Source: Schizochytrium sp. TIO01 (Eukaryota; Protista; Bigyra: Labyrinthulomycetes). From it: a stretch of 64,000 nt of DNA. Made by a program: the position numbers and the translations under genes. The DNA is taken from contig SMSO01000033.1 in NCBI GenBank assembly GCA_004764695.1, forward strand, positions 310,001 through 374,000, given 5' to 3'. Below are positions 1-13,016 of this stretch, one piece after another. The number at the start of each line of letters is the position of its first letter. Position 1 is the first letter of the stretch. The notes beneath the pieces were generated by a model, which was not told where the DNA came from, ran no database searches, and worked only from the letters and a program-made list of their open reading frames with translations.

Positions 1-503
1 CAATTGAATAATTGAATGAATGATTGAGGTTGATCATCCAGAGGTCTGCCTCTACTCCTGCGTGGCCTGCAACCTCTATTGTAGCGGCGGTCGTTCAAGT
101 CTGCGCCAGGCAGATGGAAGGTCGGCTGGCCTCGTAGCAGTTTCCACGATAGTGAATGACGCGAATGTTGGTGGCAACGCGAAGCCTAACTTAGTGAAGG
201 TAGTTCGGAATGGTTACAGGAAGGGGAAGCGAGTTTCTTTTTAATCTTAGTGACGACATTTACAATAGATATGCGGCGTTTGTTGCACAGTAGAGAAGGA
301 TTTGTTGAATAGTAATTTGATATACTGTATAGTATAACGGGTTTGGCCTATAGTAATGCCTCGTGTGGGTGTGTCTGGATTAGAGTTGTGGAGCAAACCC
401 GTTTTGTCGAGTTTAGACAAAGGCGCGAAATCAAGGCTGTAGACGGCCGTATTGCCCAGGTTGCCTGCGTTTGGGATTTGCAGATAAGGAAGTCCTCCAT
501 AGG

Positions 504-2261
504 ATGTTGTTGACCTCGCTGCGTTCTACCACTCGCGCCAGGCTCTTCAGCCGCGACACAGCTGTGCATCCATGCCGTGTAGCTGCGGCTGGTCTGGCCT
601 CGACTACCAAGAGCTTCCAAGCTGCCGTATGCGACGAGAATAACATCTGGACATCCACGTTCCCGCCTTGCGATGCATCTCTGACGCAGTCAGCGAGGTT
701 CACGGAATTCATGATGAAGGATTTCCAAAAACATGGCTCTAAGCTCGCAATCCGCGATGGTGTTACTGGCGAAGAGCGTAGTTTCCAGGACATTTATGAA
801 GACGTCCACAAGGTTGGTAGCTGCATGCAAGAAGAATTTGGCATTGGGCCTAATTCAAGAGTAGCTTTGTTCCTGCCCAACCATGTCGATTTCTTTACAG
901 CCTTGCACGGCCCTGCTAAGCTTGGTGCTACCGTGACACCCATCAACCCGGCCTACCGTGAGCATGAAGTTTTCAACCAGCTCATGAGTGCTGATGTGCG
1001 TCTTGTTGTGGCCCACCCAGACACTGTCGATATTGCACGTGAAGCTGCCGCAGAGAAGAATGCCGAAAAGCAGCCTCATGAAGCTATTTGCCAAGTTATT
1101 TGTGTTTCTGATGAATTTGCAGAGATGCGCAATGGCCCGATGCCAAGCAAGCTCCTTCCGGACACCCCTGTTGATGCTGAGCACACTCTGTATCTTCCGT
1201 ACTCCTCGGGAACCACTGGTAAGCCCAAGGGTGTCGAACTGACACACGCAAACCTCATCTGGAATGTCCTCCAGAGTCACGAGATTGACTGCCAGTTCTT
1301 TGATGAGGAGTCCGTTGTGATCTCACCGCTCCCCATGTTCCATATTTACGGCTTCCTCGTCTCTGTGCACAACTGCTTCTACCATGGCAGACCCCTGATC
1401 ACCATGAAGCGCTACGACATTGAGCGTTTCTGCCAGCTCGTTCAGGACCATAAGGTCACCCGTGCTCATGTCGTACCGCCAATTCTTCTCCAGCTCAGTA
1501 AGCACCCGGTCGTCGATAACTACGATATGTCTAGCCTCAAAATTCTTCAATCTGCAGCTGCGCCACTTGGTCCTGAGACTGAGAAGGCTGTTCGTAACCG
1601 CCTGAAGGCTGATGTGAAGCAGCTTTGGGGAATGTCTGAGCTCTCTCCCCTTGGAACTGGCAACCCTGATGACCGCATCAAGGCCGGCAGTGCTGGTCCC
1701 CCCATTTCCGACACCCAGGCTAAGGTTGTCGACGTAACCTCTGGCAAGGCCCTTGGTATTGGCGAGGAGGGCGAGCTCTGCATCCGTGGTCCTCAGGTCA
1801 TGAAGGGCTATCTCAACGATGTTGAGAAGACTCGCGCTACCCTCACTGAAGATGGATGGCTCCACACTGGTGACATTGCTAAGATTGACGAAGATGGCTA
1901 CATCTATATCACTGATCGTCTCAAGGAGCTCATCAAGGTTAAGGGCTTCCCTGTTGCCCCTGCTGAGCTCGAAGCTGTTGTTTTTACTCACCCAGATGTC
2001 ATTGATACTTGCGTTATCCCAGTTCCTGATGAGGAGTATGGAGAGATCCCGCGTGCTTATGTGATTGCTCGTCATGGCCACGGTGTTACAGAAAAGGATA
2101 TTCAGGAGTATGTCGCTAACCTCGTAGCTCCTTACAAGAAGCTTCGTGGTGGAGTTCGTTTTGTTGAGTCCATCCCCAAGACTGACTCCGGCAAGCTCTT
2201 ACGTCGTGTTCTCATTGAGCAGGACCGCAAGGCAGACAAGCAGGCCCAGGACTCTAAGTAA
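504..2261 (+). CDS. 4-coumarate-CoA ligase-like / luciferase-like AMP-binding acyl-CoA synthetase
   Basis: Motifs YSSGTTGKPKG, GELCIRGPQVMKGY, GWLHTGD, DRLKELIK and PKTDSGKLLR. First in-frame ATG is at 504 (the ORF track uses a TTG at 471). N-terminus is Arg/Ser/Thr-rich like a transit peptide. No PTS1 (ends DSK). Confidence 0.92.
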   Translation: MLLTSLRSTTRARLFSRDTAVHPCRVAAAGLASTTKSFQAAVCDENNIWTSTFPPCDASLTQSARFTEFMMKDFQKHGSKLAIRDGVTGEERSFQDIYEDVHKVGSCMQEEFGIGPNSRVALFLPNHVDFFTALHGPAKLGATVTPINPAYREHEVFNQLMSADVRLVVAHPDTVDIAREAAAEKNAEKQPHEAICQVICVSDEFAEMRNGPMPSKLLPDTPVDAEHTLYLPYSSGTTGKPKGVELTHANLIWNVLQSHEIDCQFFDEESVVISPLPMFHIYGFLVSVHNCFYHGRPLITMKRYDIERFCQLVQDHKVTRAHVVPPILLQLSKHPVVDNYDMSSLKILQSAAAPLGPETEKAVRNRLKADVKQLWGMSELSPLGTGNPDDRIKAGSAGPPISDTQAKVVDVTSGKALGIGEEGELCIRGPQVMKGYLNDVEKTRATLTEDGWLHTGDIAKIDEDGYIYITDRLKELIKVKGFPVAPAELEAVVFTHPDVIDTCVIPVPDEEYGEIPRAYVIARHGHGVTEKDIQEYVANLVAPYKKLRGGVRFVESIPKTDSGKLLRRVLIEQDRKADKQAQDSK

Positions 2262-3161
2262 AGTAGACAAGGTCATTCAAGCTCTACTCCTACCCATGCA
2301 TAGAGGAATGGCATAAAGCATTCTACTATCCCTTCAAATTCCCAAAGTGCCAAGTGCACAGCTCTCTGGCCAACAACAAATCCAAGTTCAGATTCCGTGG
2401 CCTAACATTTTGCATCGAGGTTATTCCTTTCCTTCAAATAAATGAACGGAGTTTCTCGGCACAAACCATCACATTTCATCGCTTCATTACTTCATCCTTT
2501 CTTTTTTATAGACTTCTAAAAAGTACTAAGCTTATTTGCGCGCTATTTGCAGATCCCACTTTTTTGCAATTCTCTTCACACGAACTCTAGCTGCACCACA
2601 CCCAAATCAAGGAGCTAATGGCTATATTACACGCTCTCACCATCTTATCAACCTAACATAAAAACATATTGCACCTAAAGATGCTACCTAGTGTAGGTGG
2701 GTAGTGAGTTATAGGGAGCGTGATCAGCTTTGAGTACACTCTTGATAGTCAGTCAGTCTGATTTTGCCACGGCCTCCTCTCGTGAACTTTCCTCAAATCA
2801 AGTATTTTCTTACCGCTACCAGGCATATACTGTGCAAGACTCAGCTCTTTCAGAGAGAAACGTTCGAGTTTGCGCCCAATCAATCTCAAGTTCGCATCCA
2901 TTCTGATATATTAAAATCACCCCACAAAACATGAATGCTGCCAGTCGAAGAAGACATCACTTAGCATAATAATACACATATTCTAGGTGTTGAATCTAGT
3001 AATGCTATAATTATAGCAAGACTGCAAAACCAGAATCCCTCACTACGGCTTCCGAGCACCGCCTCCGCTTCCGGCACCCGACTGTCTCCGAGGCCAATTT
3101 ATTGCCTCGAAGCGTCGTGGATCGGCCATTTTCTGGTGAGCAAAGCCACTCAGGGTCCAAG

Positions 3162-4511
3162 ATGGATCGTACTGCGCGCATGCAACTTGCCACGATTGCT
3201 ACCGCTCTGGTGTGTCTTCTTATTATTGGACTTCAAGGAAATTCTGCTTCGTCAGCAGGGCGTATTCAAAACCATGATCAGAACTTGAACTTCGCTGGTA
3301 GCTCAACACAAGATCGGAAATCTAATCAGCAGATGTTCCAAGATGAAAACCTTGAGCTCGTGTGGCCCATGGCGGTTCCAATGACATCTGTAGAGATGGC
3401 CGCTCAGGAAGCCAAGGCAGATACAGCCGCACTATCGTTGCCACCACTCCCAAAGTTTAACTCGTCAACGGTGTATGTAGGCCACATGGTGCCTGATGTG
3501 GATAGCATTTCTAGTTCGGTGGCAGCAGCATATTTATTTGGTGGCAGAGCCATGCGTGCTGGACCCATCAACCTCGAAACCAAATTTTTGTTAGAACATT
3601 TTAACATCACTGCTCCCGAGCTTCTTGAAAATGCGTATAATGGCGAGCCATTTGTCCTCGTGGACCACAATGCATATGCGCAGCGATCCAAGGTGCTCGA
3701 TGCGGCCAAGATTGAAGGTATCTTTGACCATCACGCCATCTCAGCAACTCCCACCTTAGTTGTAAGACCAATTTATGTCAATATTCGGCCTTGGGGGAGC
3801 TGTGCTACAGTCATTGCTACAAAATACCTGGAATACCAGAAGCCAATACCATCTAACATCGCTGGGCTTCTGATGGGTGGCATTATTAGTGACACACTGA
3901 ACTTAAAGAGCCCGACCACAACTGAATGGGACGAGAAGGTCCTTCATTGGCTTGCCAGCAAATTGCATTGGGCAGATGGTAAGAAAGGCGAGCAAGTGCT
4001 CGGTGCCCGCATGAGCGAAAAACATCTTCGCCGGGCAGTCAAGGCATTCTCTCACAAGCAATTCGAAGCAAAGGCTAACACCACCGGTATGCCTCTCCGA
4101 AAGATTATGCTTGCTGACTTCAAGACTTACTTTCTGCGTTCTCGAATGCATGGCAACAACAAAATTGTTATGGGTTGGGGCACAGTAGAAACTGTGCAGC
4201 CGTTCTATAATGGCTACTTGACTAACGAAACCCTGCGCGAAATTGCTGTCGATGTCTTGCCGTGGATGCGTAAGTCGCGAGACCTTGAAAGTGCCTTCAT
4301 ATCTATTGTGGATATCGAAAAGGATCAATCTGTCGCTATTTGTTCAGGTCAACAAGATTGTGATTTGTTGAAAAAGGCCTTTCCGCATGCTGAGCAGCGA
4401 CTTATTCCACGCTCGATGGGCAGCTATGTACTGACACTCACTCCCCGCGTCTCCCGTAAAGACGAGTTCATTCCTCCTATTCGCACGGTTCTTCAAGGTG
4501 GCACTCCCTAA
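3162..4511 (+). CDS. Family II Mn-dependent inorganic pyrophosphatase (DHH/DHHA2) with N-terminal hydrophobic segment
   Basis: Motifs GHMVPDVDS, LVDHN, FDHH, GSCATVI, IISDTLNLKSPTTT and C-terminal SRK. Hydrophobic stretch LATIATALVCLLIIGL near the N-terminus. First ATG at 3162. Confidence 0.85.
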   Translation: MDRTARMQLATIATALVCLLIIGLQGNSASSAGRIQNHDQNLNFAGSSTQDRKSNQQMFQDENLELVWPMAVPMTSVEMAAQEAKADTAALSLPPLPKFNSSTVYVGHMVPDVDSISSSVAAAYLFGGRAMRAGPINLETKFLLEHFNITAPELLENAYNGEPFVLVDHNAYAQRSKVLDAAKIEGIFDHHAISATPTLVVRPIYVNIRPWGSCATVIATKYLEYQKPIPSNIAGLLMGGIISDTLNLKSPTTTEWDEKVLHWLASKLHWADGKKGEQVLGARMSEKHLRRAVKAFSHKQFEAKANTTGMPLRKIMLADFKTYFLRSRMHGNNKIVMGWGTVETVQPFYNGYLTNETLREIAVDVLPWMRKSRDLESAFISIVDIEKDQSVAICSGQQDCDLLKKAFPHAEQRLIPRSMGSYVLTLTPRVSRKDEFIPPIRTVLQGGTP

Positions 4512-4940
4512 AGAAAAACAAGAAGAAACTATTAATAACCTTTTTATTAGTTCAAGAAATACAAAAATGGGTGTAGCTTGACGCTGGATTGTAACACATT
4601 AGCCTTGGCCGAGTGAGAGCAAAATAAGCTTTGTGCCCTACCAATTTCAATAATTGACTCAAACTGAAATAGCATAACTGAAAACAAGCATAGACGACCA
4701 TATATTTACTACGTCACAATTATTGAGATGGAAATTTGCATAGGAGGGTTTGCATGTTCATCAGGGAACAATCAATATAGTTGGGAGTGGACAAGGTTGG
4801 CATTGCCGCAGAGTACTCATGTGGTGGTGGTGGTGCATTTATATTGTATTTTGCTGGCCTAAAGTTGCCACGGTCCAGCAAAGGATAAGAGCTAGGCAGG
4901 TGATTGGAAAAGAAGGGGGGCAGGCATCAAGACATTGTAT

Positions 4941-5626
4941 TTAGCCAAAAGTGATCTGGCTGCGGCCACCGGGGGGGGCGTGCACACGGGTGGTCGGCCT
5001 GTCGGTGATAAAGTTGCCAGCGTTCATGTTGGAGCCGCTGGCAAATGCGTTAGACGAGACACCCTTGTTTACACCAGGGGCGGCATCGTGTGCGGGAGGT
5101 GCAATGTTGGTCTTGTCCACAATAGGGGTCTTCTCGACGTGTTCAACACGCTGAGGAGCAACACTGCGAACCTCAGGCTGATGCTGGTGAATAGGCTGAG
5201 CACGAGGCTGAGCCTGCTGCTGAGGGGCAGGGCGCGATGCAGAGGCAGCGCCAGTGCCAAAAATGTCACTGGTGTAGCCACCAGGGGGGGCGTGGAGACG
5301 GGTGGTCGGGCGGTCTGCGTAATTTGAAAGGAAACACCAGTTCAAACATTTTGCAATTCGTACAGATTATTGTGGAATATCACCGAAGTTAGTCATCATC
5401 AACATTACGAAACCCAAGCCCATGGTATGTATTACATGTAAACCAGTCACTAAAACGCACCAGAAATTACATTGCCGGCGTTCATGTTCGAGCCGCTAGC
5501 GAAGGCATTAGAGGAAACAGAGGTGTTGCGGGGAGCTTGAGCCTCCTCGCCCCAGCCAAGGGACCACTGGCTGCGCGAGTGGTGTTGAGCACTGGAGTGG
5601 TGCGTGCGGGTGCTGCTGCGGTCCAT
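4941..5626 (-). CDS. SPIRAL1-like microtubule-associated protein, two exons (5626-5461, 5314-4941)
   Basis: Splicing GTGCGT...TACGCAG (5460-5315) joins NAGNVIS-D-RPTTRLHAPPGG in frame. A second copy, SSNAFASGSNMNAGNFITDRPTTRVHAPPGGRSQITFG, resembles the SPR1 C-terminal motif (GNFxTDRPxTxVHAxPGG). Confidence 0.82.
5315..5460 (-). other. Spliceosomal intron in the SPIRAL1-like gene
   Basis: GT...AG ends. A phase-1 junction restores the conserved DRPTTR motif. Confidence 0.8.
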
Positions 5627-6952
5627 GATTTGAATTAGAGAATAAGAATCTGCTTGTGCTTCTGTTTTAATAACATAAGAATCACGTGTTAGTCTCAACG
5701 AGTCGTCTTTCAATATGGAAGGCTGTGCTAAACTTCCCTTCCACGGTTACCTTCTCGGCATTGCATGCAGAAACTTTGGGTGTATGCTCTCACATAATAG
5801 TGTTAACACATAAGTCCATTTACTGATTTCATAACAATCTGACTTGTCGGTTATCGGCACCAACTATTACCGTCTCAATGTGAGCATGCTCTTTCGAATA
5901 ACAGCTCGATGGCCGTCCTGCAAAAGCGTTGGCAAGGCTGCTTGTAGCACTCTTATTCATTCGTACAAGCATGGATCACAAGGAGTCGATACCTGGGCTC
6001 TTCGCTGCCTCAGTCGGGGTGGGTCAGAGTTGCTAGTAAATATATATGGACATCAACCAAGAGCCCAGAATCACCGGTCATTCCAGCCAACCTGCCAGCA
6101 CCTTTCTTGCTGTGCAGATTTTGGGCTCCAACGACACCGTTTGGTGCTAAGCATTCGTGAGGGCACCATGGTCTAGGCAGTTTCGCGCAGATTTTCGGCG
6201 TCCGCACAAGATCGGCTGGAACAACAAAGATCTTGATTGCTCATGACATGAGCAACAACGAACAGCCCAACACCGATCAGACGTCGGGCCAAACACTGTG
6301 CAGAGTGGAAACTCCGTGCCGAGAGCGCAAGAGAAGACGCTTATCTTCGTCACCGCGAACGTACCTTCACGAGCCAAGGTTGTTTCCTTGATTTAGGTTC
6401 TGCTGTCGAGTTTGGGTCTGCCCGAAATCGGAGAAAGAAACGAGGAAAGAGCTAGCCAACTCAACGGCGGTTTCACGCCCATCCCCGGAAGGTGTCCCCG
6501 TAGTCATCTATTACCGTGTGTGAACCAACGGCTCGATATTGGTGTGTACATACTGTGTTTGAGGACACCTTAAGAGGTGAATTATGATGGAGCTAGATGA
6601 ATCGCCTCTGTGCATCGATGTGAGGAGATCTTGAGAGGGGTTGCCAACGATAAGATCCTGCATATTGATTGATGGAAGAGACCGCTGCAGAAGTCAGTGA
6701 AGAGGACGGGCCAGAGCCGGCAAAGTCACTGTATGTGTCAGCAAGACCAAGCTTGCTTGCAATTGCAGTCGCTATTTTTCCAAGGACAAGCACGCTGTGT
6801 GTGCGCGTGTGCTTTCAACTTGGTGGACGTTTGAACTCGAGCCGTGAACTAGAATCACGATAGTAGCCCTATTAGGGGTGACACCTTTTGTCATTGAACA
6901 ACGGTCGCTTGTGTGGCGGCATTCCTTGTAGGTGGCTAGTTTCTCTGTACAA

Positions 6953-9085
6953 ATGGTTCTCCCATCTTCGTATTCGGGAAAGGCAAAGCGCCGTGTAGCC
7001 CTTGCTCCTGCTCCGGAGTACGCTCTTCGGGGCCATCCTCATGTTGAAGAATCTGCTTTGCAGAGTGGTCGCAGCGATGAGAGTACTAGGGGCTCAAGAC
7101 CTTTCCCAAACGGGGCTGCCGGTTCCACACGAGCGAAGTTGGGCGAGAAAGTTAAGAACGCGATCGGGAAGGCCTCCAAACGTAAGAGCTCCAAGACCAA
7201 AGTAGGCATTGCAAAGCTTCCGAATGGCTTGCAGCTTGTCGAGAATAGTCCCACAACGTTTGTCAAGTTCGGGCCAGTAAGTTCAATTTCAGTGCCTTCA
7301 AGAGAACGCCCTCGAAGTGGAAGACAGGAGTCACCGCGTCTAGGAGCATCTGGGAACTCAAACCGGAGCCACGTTTCTTCATGCACATGTGGGCAATGTA
7401 TCAAGGCAAAGCGCATAGCTAAAAATGCACCGATTGAGCTTCGTTACAAGGCAGGAATTCGCCTTATTGAAGCTACTTTGGAAAATAGTAATTTTATAAA
7501 GACGACCAAGGGCGATTGGAACATCCTTTGGGTCTCAGGAGCGTTAAAGCCTCATGTTTACCAGACTCTTTCACGCTTCCAAAAAGTGAACCAATTCCCA
7601 CGAACTTACGAGATTACTCGTAAAGATCAACTTTGCAGGAATATGCGTCGTATGCAAGAACTACACGGGCATCGGCACTTTGACTTTTATCCCAAAAGCT
7701 TTGTACTACCAGCTGACCGCTCTGAGCTCCAAAAGGAAGTCATTGAGTCAACGAAGCGTGCTGTGAGTGCTGCTACTGATCCTGACAGACAGCCGGAATT
7801 TTGGATTGTTAAGCCTGCCGCTAGTGCATGCGGACGTGGCATTTACCTGACTGATAATTTGGGGGCTATCCCTCTAGGTGGTGGAGGAGAGGATGGAAAC
7901 GTGCTCGTGTCTGAGTACATTATGAATCCGATGCTCTTGGATGAGCGCAAGTTTGACCTTCGTATCTACGTCGCGGTCACTTCATTCAACCCACTTCGTA
8001 TTTATGTTTACGAAGAAGGTTTGGTACGCCTTACCACTGAAAAGTATCGCAATGACCCAGAAAGCCTGAAGAATCGCTATGTACATTTGACCAACTATTC
8101 GGTCCAGAAAAAGAGTAAGAACTTTGTCTCCAACGAGGCTGGTACGCGCCGTTCTGGAAACAATGGTCTTGAAGTAGAGGAAGAGAGAGAGGAGGAATAT
8201 GAAGACGATTATGACGACGAAGACGAGGGCCAATCGAACGAAAGTGACGATCGTGGTGCTCCCAGCTTGGGCGATGTGAAGCATAACCTTGAGGAGGTAA
8301 CCTGTAGCTCTAAAACACAACCTGTATCAAAGTCCATGGGTAATCAAGCCGGGGATGAGCCAGAAGTAGCATCCAAGTGGTCATTGGAGACCTTCCGTGC
8401 CAGGCTTGAAAGAATGGGTATCGACCACAAGTCAATCTTTGCGAAGATTGATTCTCTTGTTATCAAGACTCTGATTTCAATCGAGCCGCAGGTCTTTACA
8501 GCTATGAATATGCATGTGCGCCACGCAAACAATTGCTTTCAACTCTTCGGCTTTGATGTTCTCATCGACCAGGATTTGAAACCTTGGTTGATTGAAGTAA
8601 ACCTTGGACCTAGTTTAGGGTGTGACTCTGCTCTTGACTTGGACATCAAGTCAGCCATGATATCTGATCTTCTTACTCTGTCCGGTGTTCAACCTTGTGA
8701 TGTTCAGCGCGAGCGGGGATCTGAGCCGATGGTGACCTCAAAGCCGACTACCAATTTGGCCCCTAATGTAGAACGTATGGTTCGTGAAATGGATGCAGAG
8801 CGGCGTCGCTCTGGCCGATGGCGTGGAGTGTACCCTTCTCCTACATCATTTATTTATGACCGGTTTTTCTCAGATAAGCGTGAGCAGAATCAAATGATTG
8901 TTGACCACTACTCTTCTGCAATGTCGCATTCTGATCGCTTACGTATCGAGCGACGAATCACGAGCAGTGCTAGAGGACCACGAAAACATGAAACACCAGA
9001 GAAACATAAAGGAAGAAACAAAAAGACTCCCGAAAAATCGATTGACCGTCAGACCAAATTATCCAAGTCAACACCTAGTATTTGA
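6953..9085 (+). CDS. Tubulin polyglutamylase, TTLL5/TTLL4-like
   Basis: FQKVNQFPRTYEITRKD, WIVKPAASACGRGI, KFDLRIYV, HLTNYS and FQLFGFDVLID..KPWLIEVN (TTL ATP-grasp motifs). An acceptor-like CCTTGTAG ending at 6931 may indicate an upstream exon, so the start is uncertain. Confidence 0.9.
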   Translation: MVLPSSYSGKAKRRVALAPAPEYALRGHPHVEESALQSGRSDESTRGSRPFPNGAAGSTRAKLGEKVKNAIGKASKRKSSKTKVGIAKLPNGLQLVENSPTTFVKFGPVSSISVPSRERPRSGRQESPRLGASGNSNRSHVSSCTCGQCIKAKRIAKNAPIELRYKAGIRLIEATLENSNFIKTTKGDWNILWVSGALKPHVYQTLSRFQKVNQFPRTYEITRKDQLCRNMRRMQELHGHRHFDFYPKSFVLPADRSELQKEVIESTKRAVSAATDPDRQPEFWIVKPAASACGRGIYLTDNLGAIPLGGGGEDGNVLVSEYIMNPMLLDERKFDLRIYVAVTSFNPLRIYVYEEGLVRLTTEKYRNDPESLKNRYVHLTNYSVQKKSKNFVSNEAGTRRSGNNGLEVEEEREEEYEDDYDDEDEGQSNESDDRGAPSLGDVKHNLEEVTCSSKTQPVSKSMGNQAGDEPEVASKWSLETFRARLERMGIDHKSIFAKIDSLVIKTLISIEPQVFTAMNMHVRHANNCFQLFGFDVLIDQDLKPWLIEVNLGPSLGCDSALDLDIKSAMISDLLTLSGVQPCDVQRERGSEPMVTSKPTTNLAPNVERMVREMDAERRRSGRWRGVYPSPTSFIYDRFFSDKREQNQMIVDHYSSAMSHSDRLRIERRITSSARGPRKHETPEKHKGRNKKTPEKSIDRQTKLSKSTPSI

Positions 9086-10143
9086 TCTAATTCTTTTCAT
9101 AGCTCACTATATCCCTGGATGTAATCCTATAAACCTTGTAACTGTTTGAAATATATACCATTCACTCAATTTCAGCAAAGATGGAAAGATTGATAAGATT
9201 TTATACATGAGGACTAAAGTTTTGGTCTCATGAGCCACCACCGTTGCCTGATCTTGACTATTTCGCTAAACACCATTTTGAATAAACGAAGAAATTCATA
9301 CTTATTCACTCGATGCCATGCAGTATGCTATAGACTATCTTCATTCACCTCGGAACTTTGTGGAAAGCTTAACTTTAAAATGCCATTGGTGGTAACGTCT
9401 CCTGAAAATCTATGAAAGAGAGTGAATTTGAGCGGACTTTAAAAATCAGTTTGTAGCTACATACATGTCGATTCCGGGTTCACAAACGCCAGAACAGTCT
9501 CATATTCGAGTTCGTACCTTACCTTGATGAGAACGCTCTGTTTCAAGAAAAGAATCAATGATGCCAAAACAGCGGCAACGAAAATTCAGAAGACTTCCTG
9601 AAAGCCCCTGCCGTAAGCTGCTGCTTCTGTGACCGCAACAAACTAAATTAGCCAAGTTGGAGTTTGGCAGCACTTGGGAGTACGGATGGATTAGAATGAC
9701 AAGAATGACAAGAATCTTGTACGGGACCAAAAATGATACAAACTAAAAGATAGAAAAATGTGATGTCGTGTCATATAAGACAAGTTTAGCAAAAGCAAGC
9801 AAGCAAGCAAGCAAGATAGCATAATAAGGGAAGGGATATGACCAACGAAGCGAAAAACAGGGAAAGGATCATGTCATTGTAGTTTGTTTTCGGAGTTGTA
9901 GTCAAACAGTGGCTTGGGTTTTAGTTTTGTCGTGCGCAGTACTGGGTGATTGGTTGGGATAAGGTGAGTGTTGTGATTGTCTCTATATCTGTAAATGTGG
10001 ACCTCGGATTTATCAGCAGCGGGTCACCCAAACAGGATGTTTCTTCATAGGCGAGAGAAGCAATAAGCTTATACTCATAGAATATGGTGTTCTAGAAGAA
10101 GACAAAGTGAAAGGTTTACGTAAAAAGCGTATAGATCAGCTGC

Positions 10144-11562
<1,419 letters not shown>

Positions 11563-13016
11563 TCATGTAAGTTGTTCTGTGTTTCATATCCTTTTTTCAC
11601 GTCCAATATAGTAATGCTCGTCGTGAGAACAGTTTCTGGTATCAATTGAGGCTAATCTGGTTTATCAATGTGCTAGCAGACTCCGCTGTTTCAAGACAGC
11701 AAAATCGAGACCAGCCCAATCCATGACCGTGTATCGAGTAAGAGCTTGCTCGAATAACAGCTCGAGACTTTTAGATACAAACCTTGCTGCCAGCATGTCT
11801 CAACAAACATCCTCAGGAAGGCGCCCGGCTTCGGTTGCCTTATAAGCGATGCTGCTGTATTTCCTTCAGCTTGGGTCTTGAGAACGGAGTTTCACGCGGC
11901 CATGCTTCATGGCCATCGATCTCGGCGGTTGCACCACCAAGCCCAGCCTTGGAGCCAGGTGAGAAAGGGCCAACAAGGGAGTGTGCTCGGTTGCCATAGC
12001 GACGAGTTCTATGCCAGCAGAGCTTACATCAGCGACGGGTGTTGTGTGAGCGACGTACCTGCAGAAAGACTTGCTTCAAACGGACGAGTCGTTTGCTTTC
12101 TGCTGCAGAGATTGTGCGGTTGGTGCTCTCCTTTAAACGTTGCGGCTCGCCTCCTTCTCTCTGTCCCTCACATCTCCACTGCTGTGTCTCTCCTCCCAGA
12201 CGCACTTGCGCAACCCACCGCCTTCCTCCTCACATTCACCTTTATTTCTCACAGCCACCTATCCCATACATTCCCTAATAATCACTATAGTTACCCCTAT
12301 TGAGTATGCCTCTATTAGAAACTGTCTCCACTGAATGAAACTTTTGAACTTTAAGATTTACCCCTCACAAAAGTTCTATTTTTGCAAAGCTGGGCCCCTC
12401 TTATCTGCATGCATGATTCGCCAGTGGTGAGCCTTTTATCATCTTGCGTCGTAACCGACACTTGATGTGGACTGCGCAACCCGACTCAGATTCAGAAGCG
12501 GCCCAAAAATGTCTTTAGGTCTTTAATTTTTCCATCGCTGATATACGGTACTGGTACCGGTACCGATTCTGAAAGAGGTCCATTTGAGAATAGACCATAA
12601 AAGTGTTTTTGGTCTCTCTAAATCCTTTGATTATAGGCGAAGGCAAAAAAGCTTTGCAGAGGTCTGTGTGAAGGAGAGCTTGGGTCTGGAGCTCGTGCAG
12701 GAGTTCAAGAAAGGTGGTGACGCTGTCTTGAATATTGGGTCCTGTCAGTTCACATTCTGTGAGGCTATCTAGCCTCATAGGTGTTCTGGGCTGGAACAGC
12801 AAGTCTGCATCGAAGCAGGTTGATACGAGCGATCAGCCGTGAGCTTGTGCTGAGATATACGCGTCTGCGTTGTAAGTTGGTGGTCAACTTCAACGTTGCG
12901 CACAAGTAGTTCAAGGCGCACATTTTCATCTTGTGTGAGAAAGAGTCTTTAATCATTTGCGCTTGGTTTTCGAAGCAACAATCGCAACGAAAGAGATCCC
13001 TACGAAGGAATTGAAG

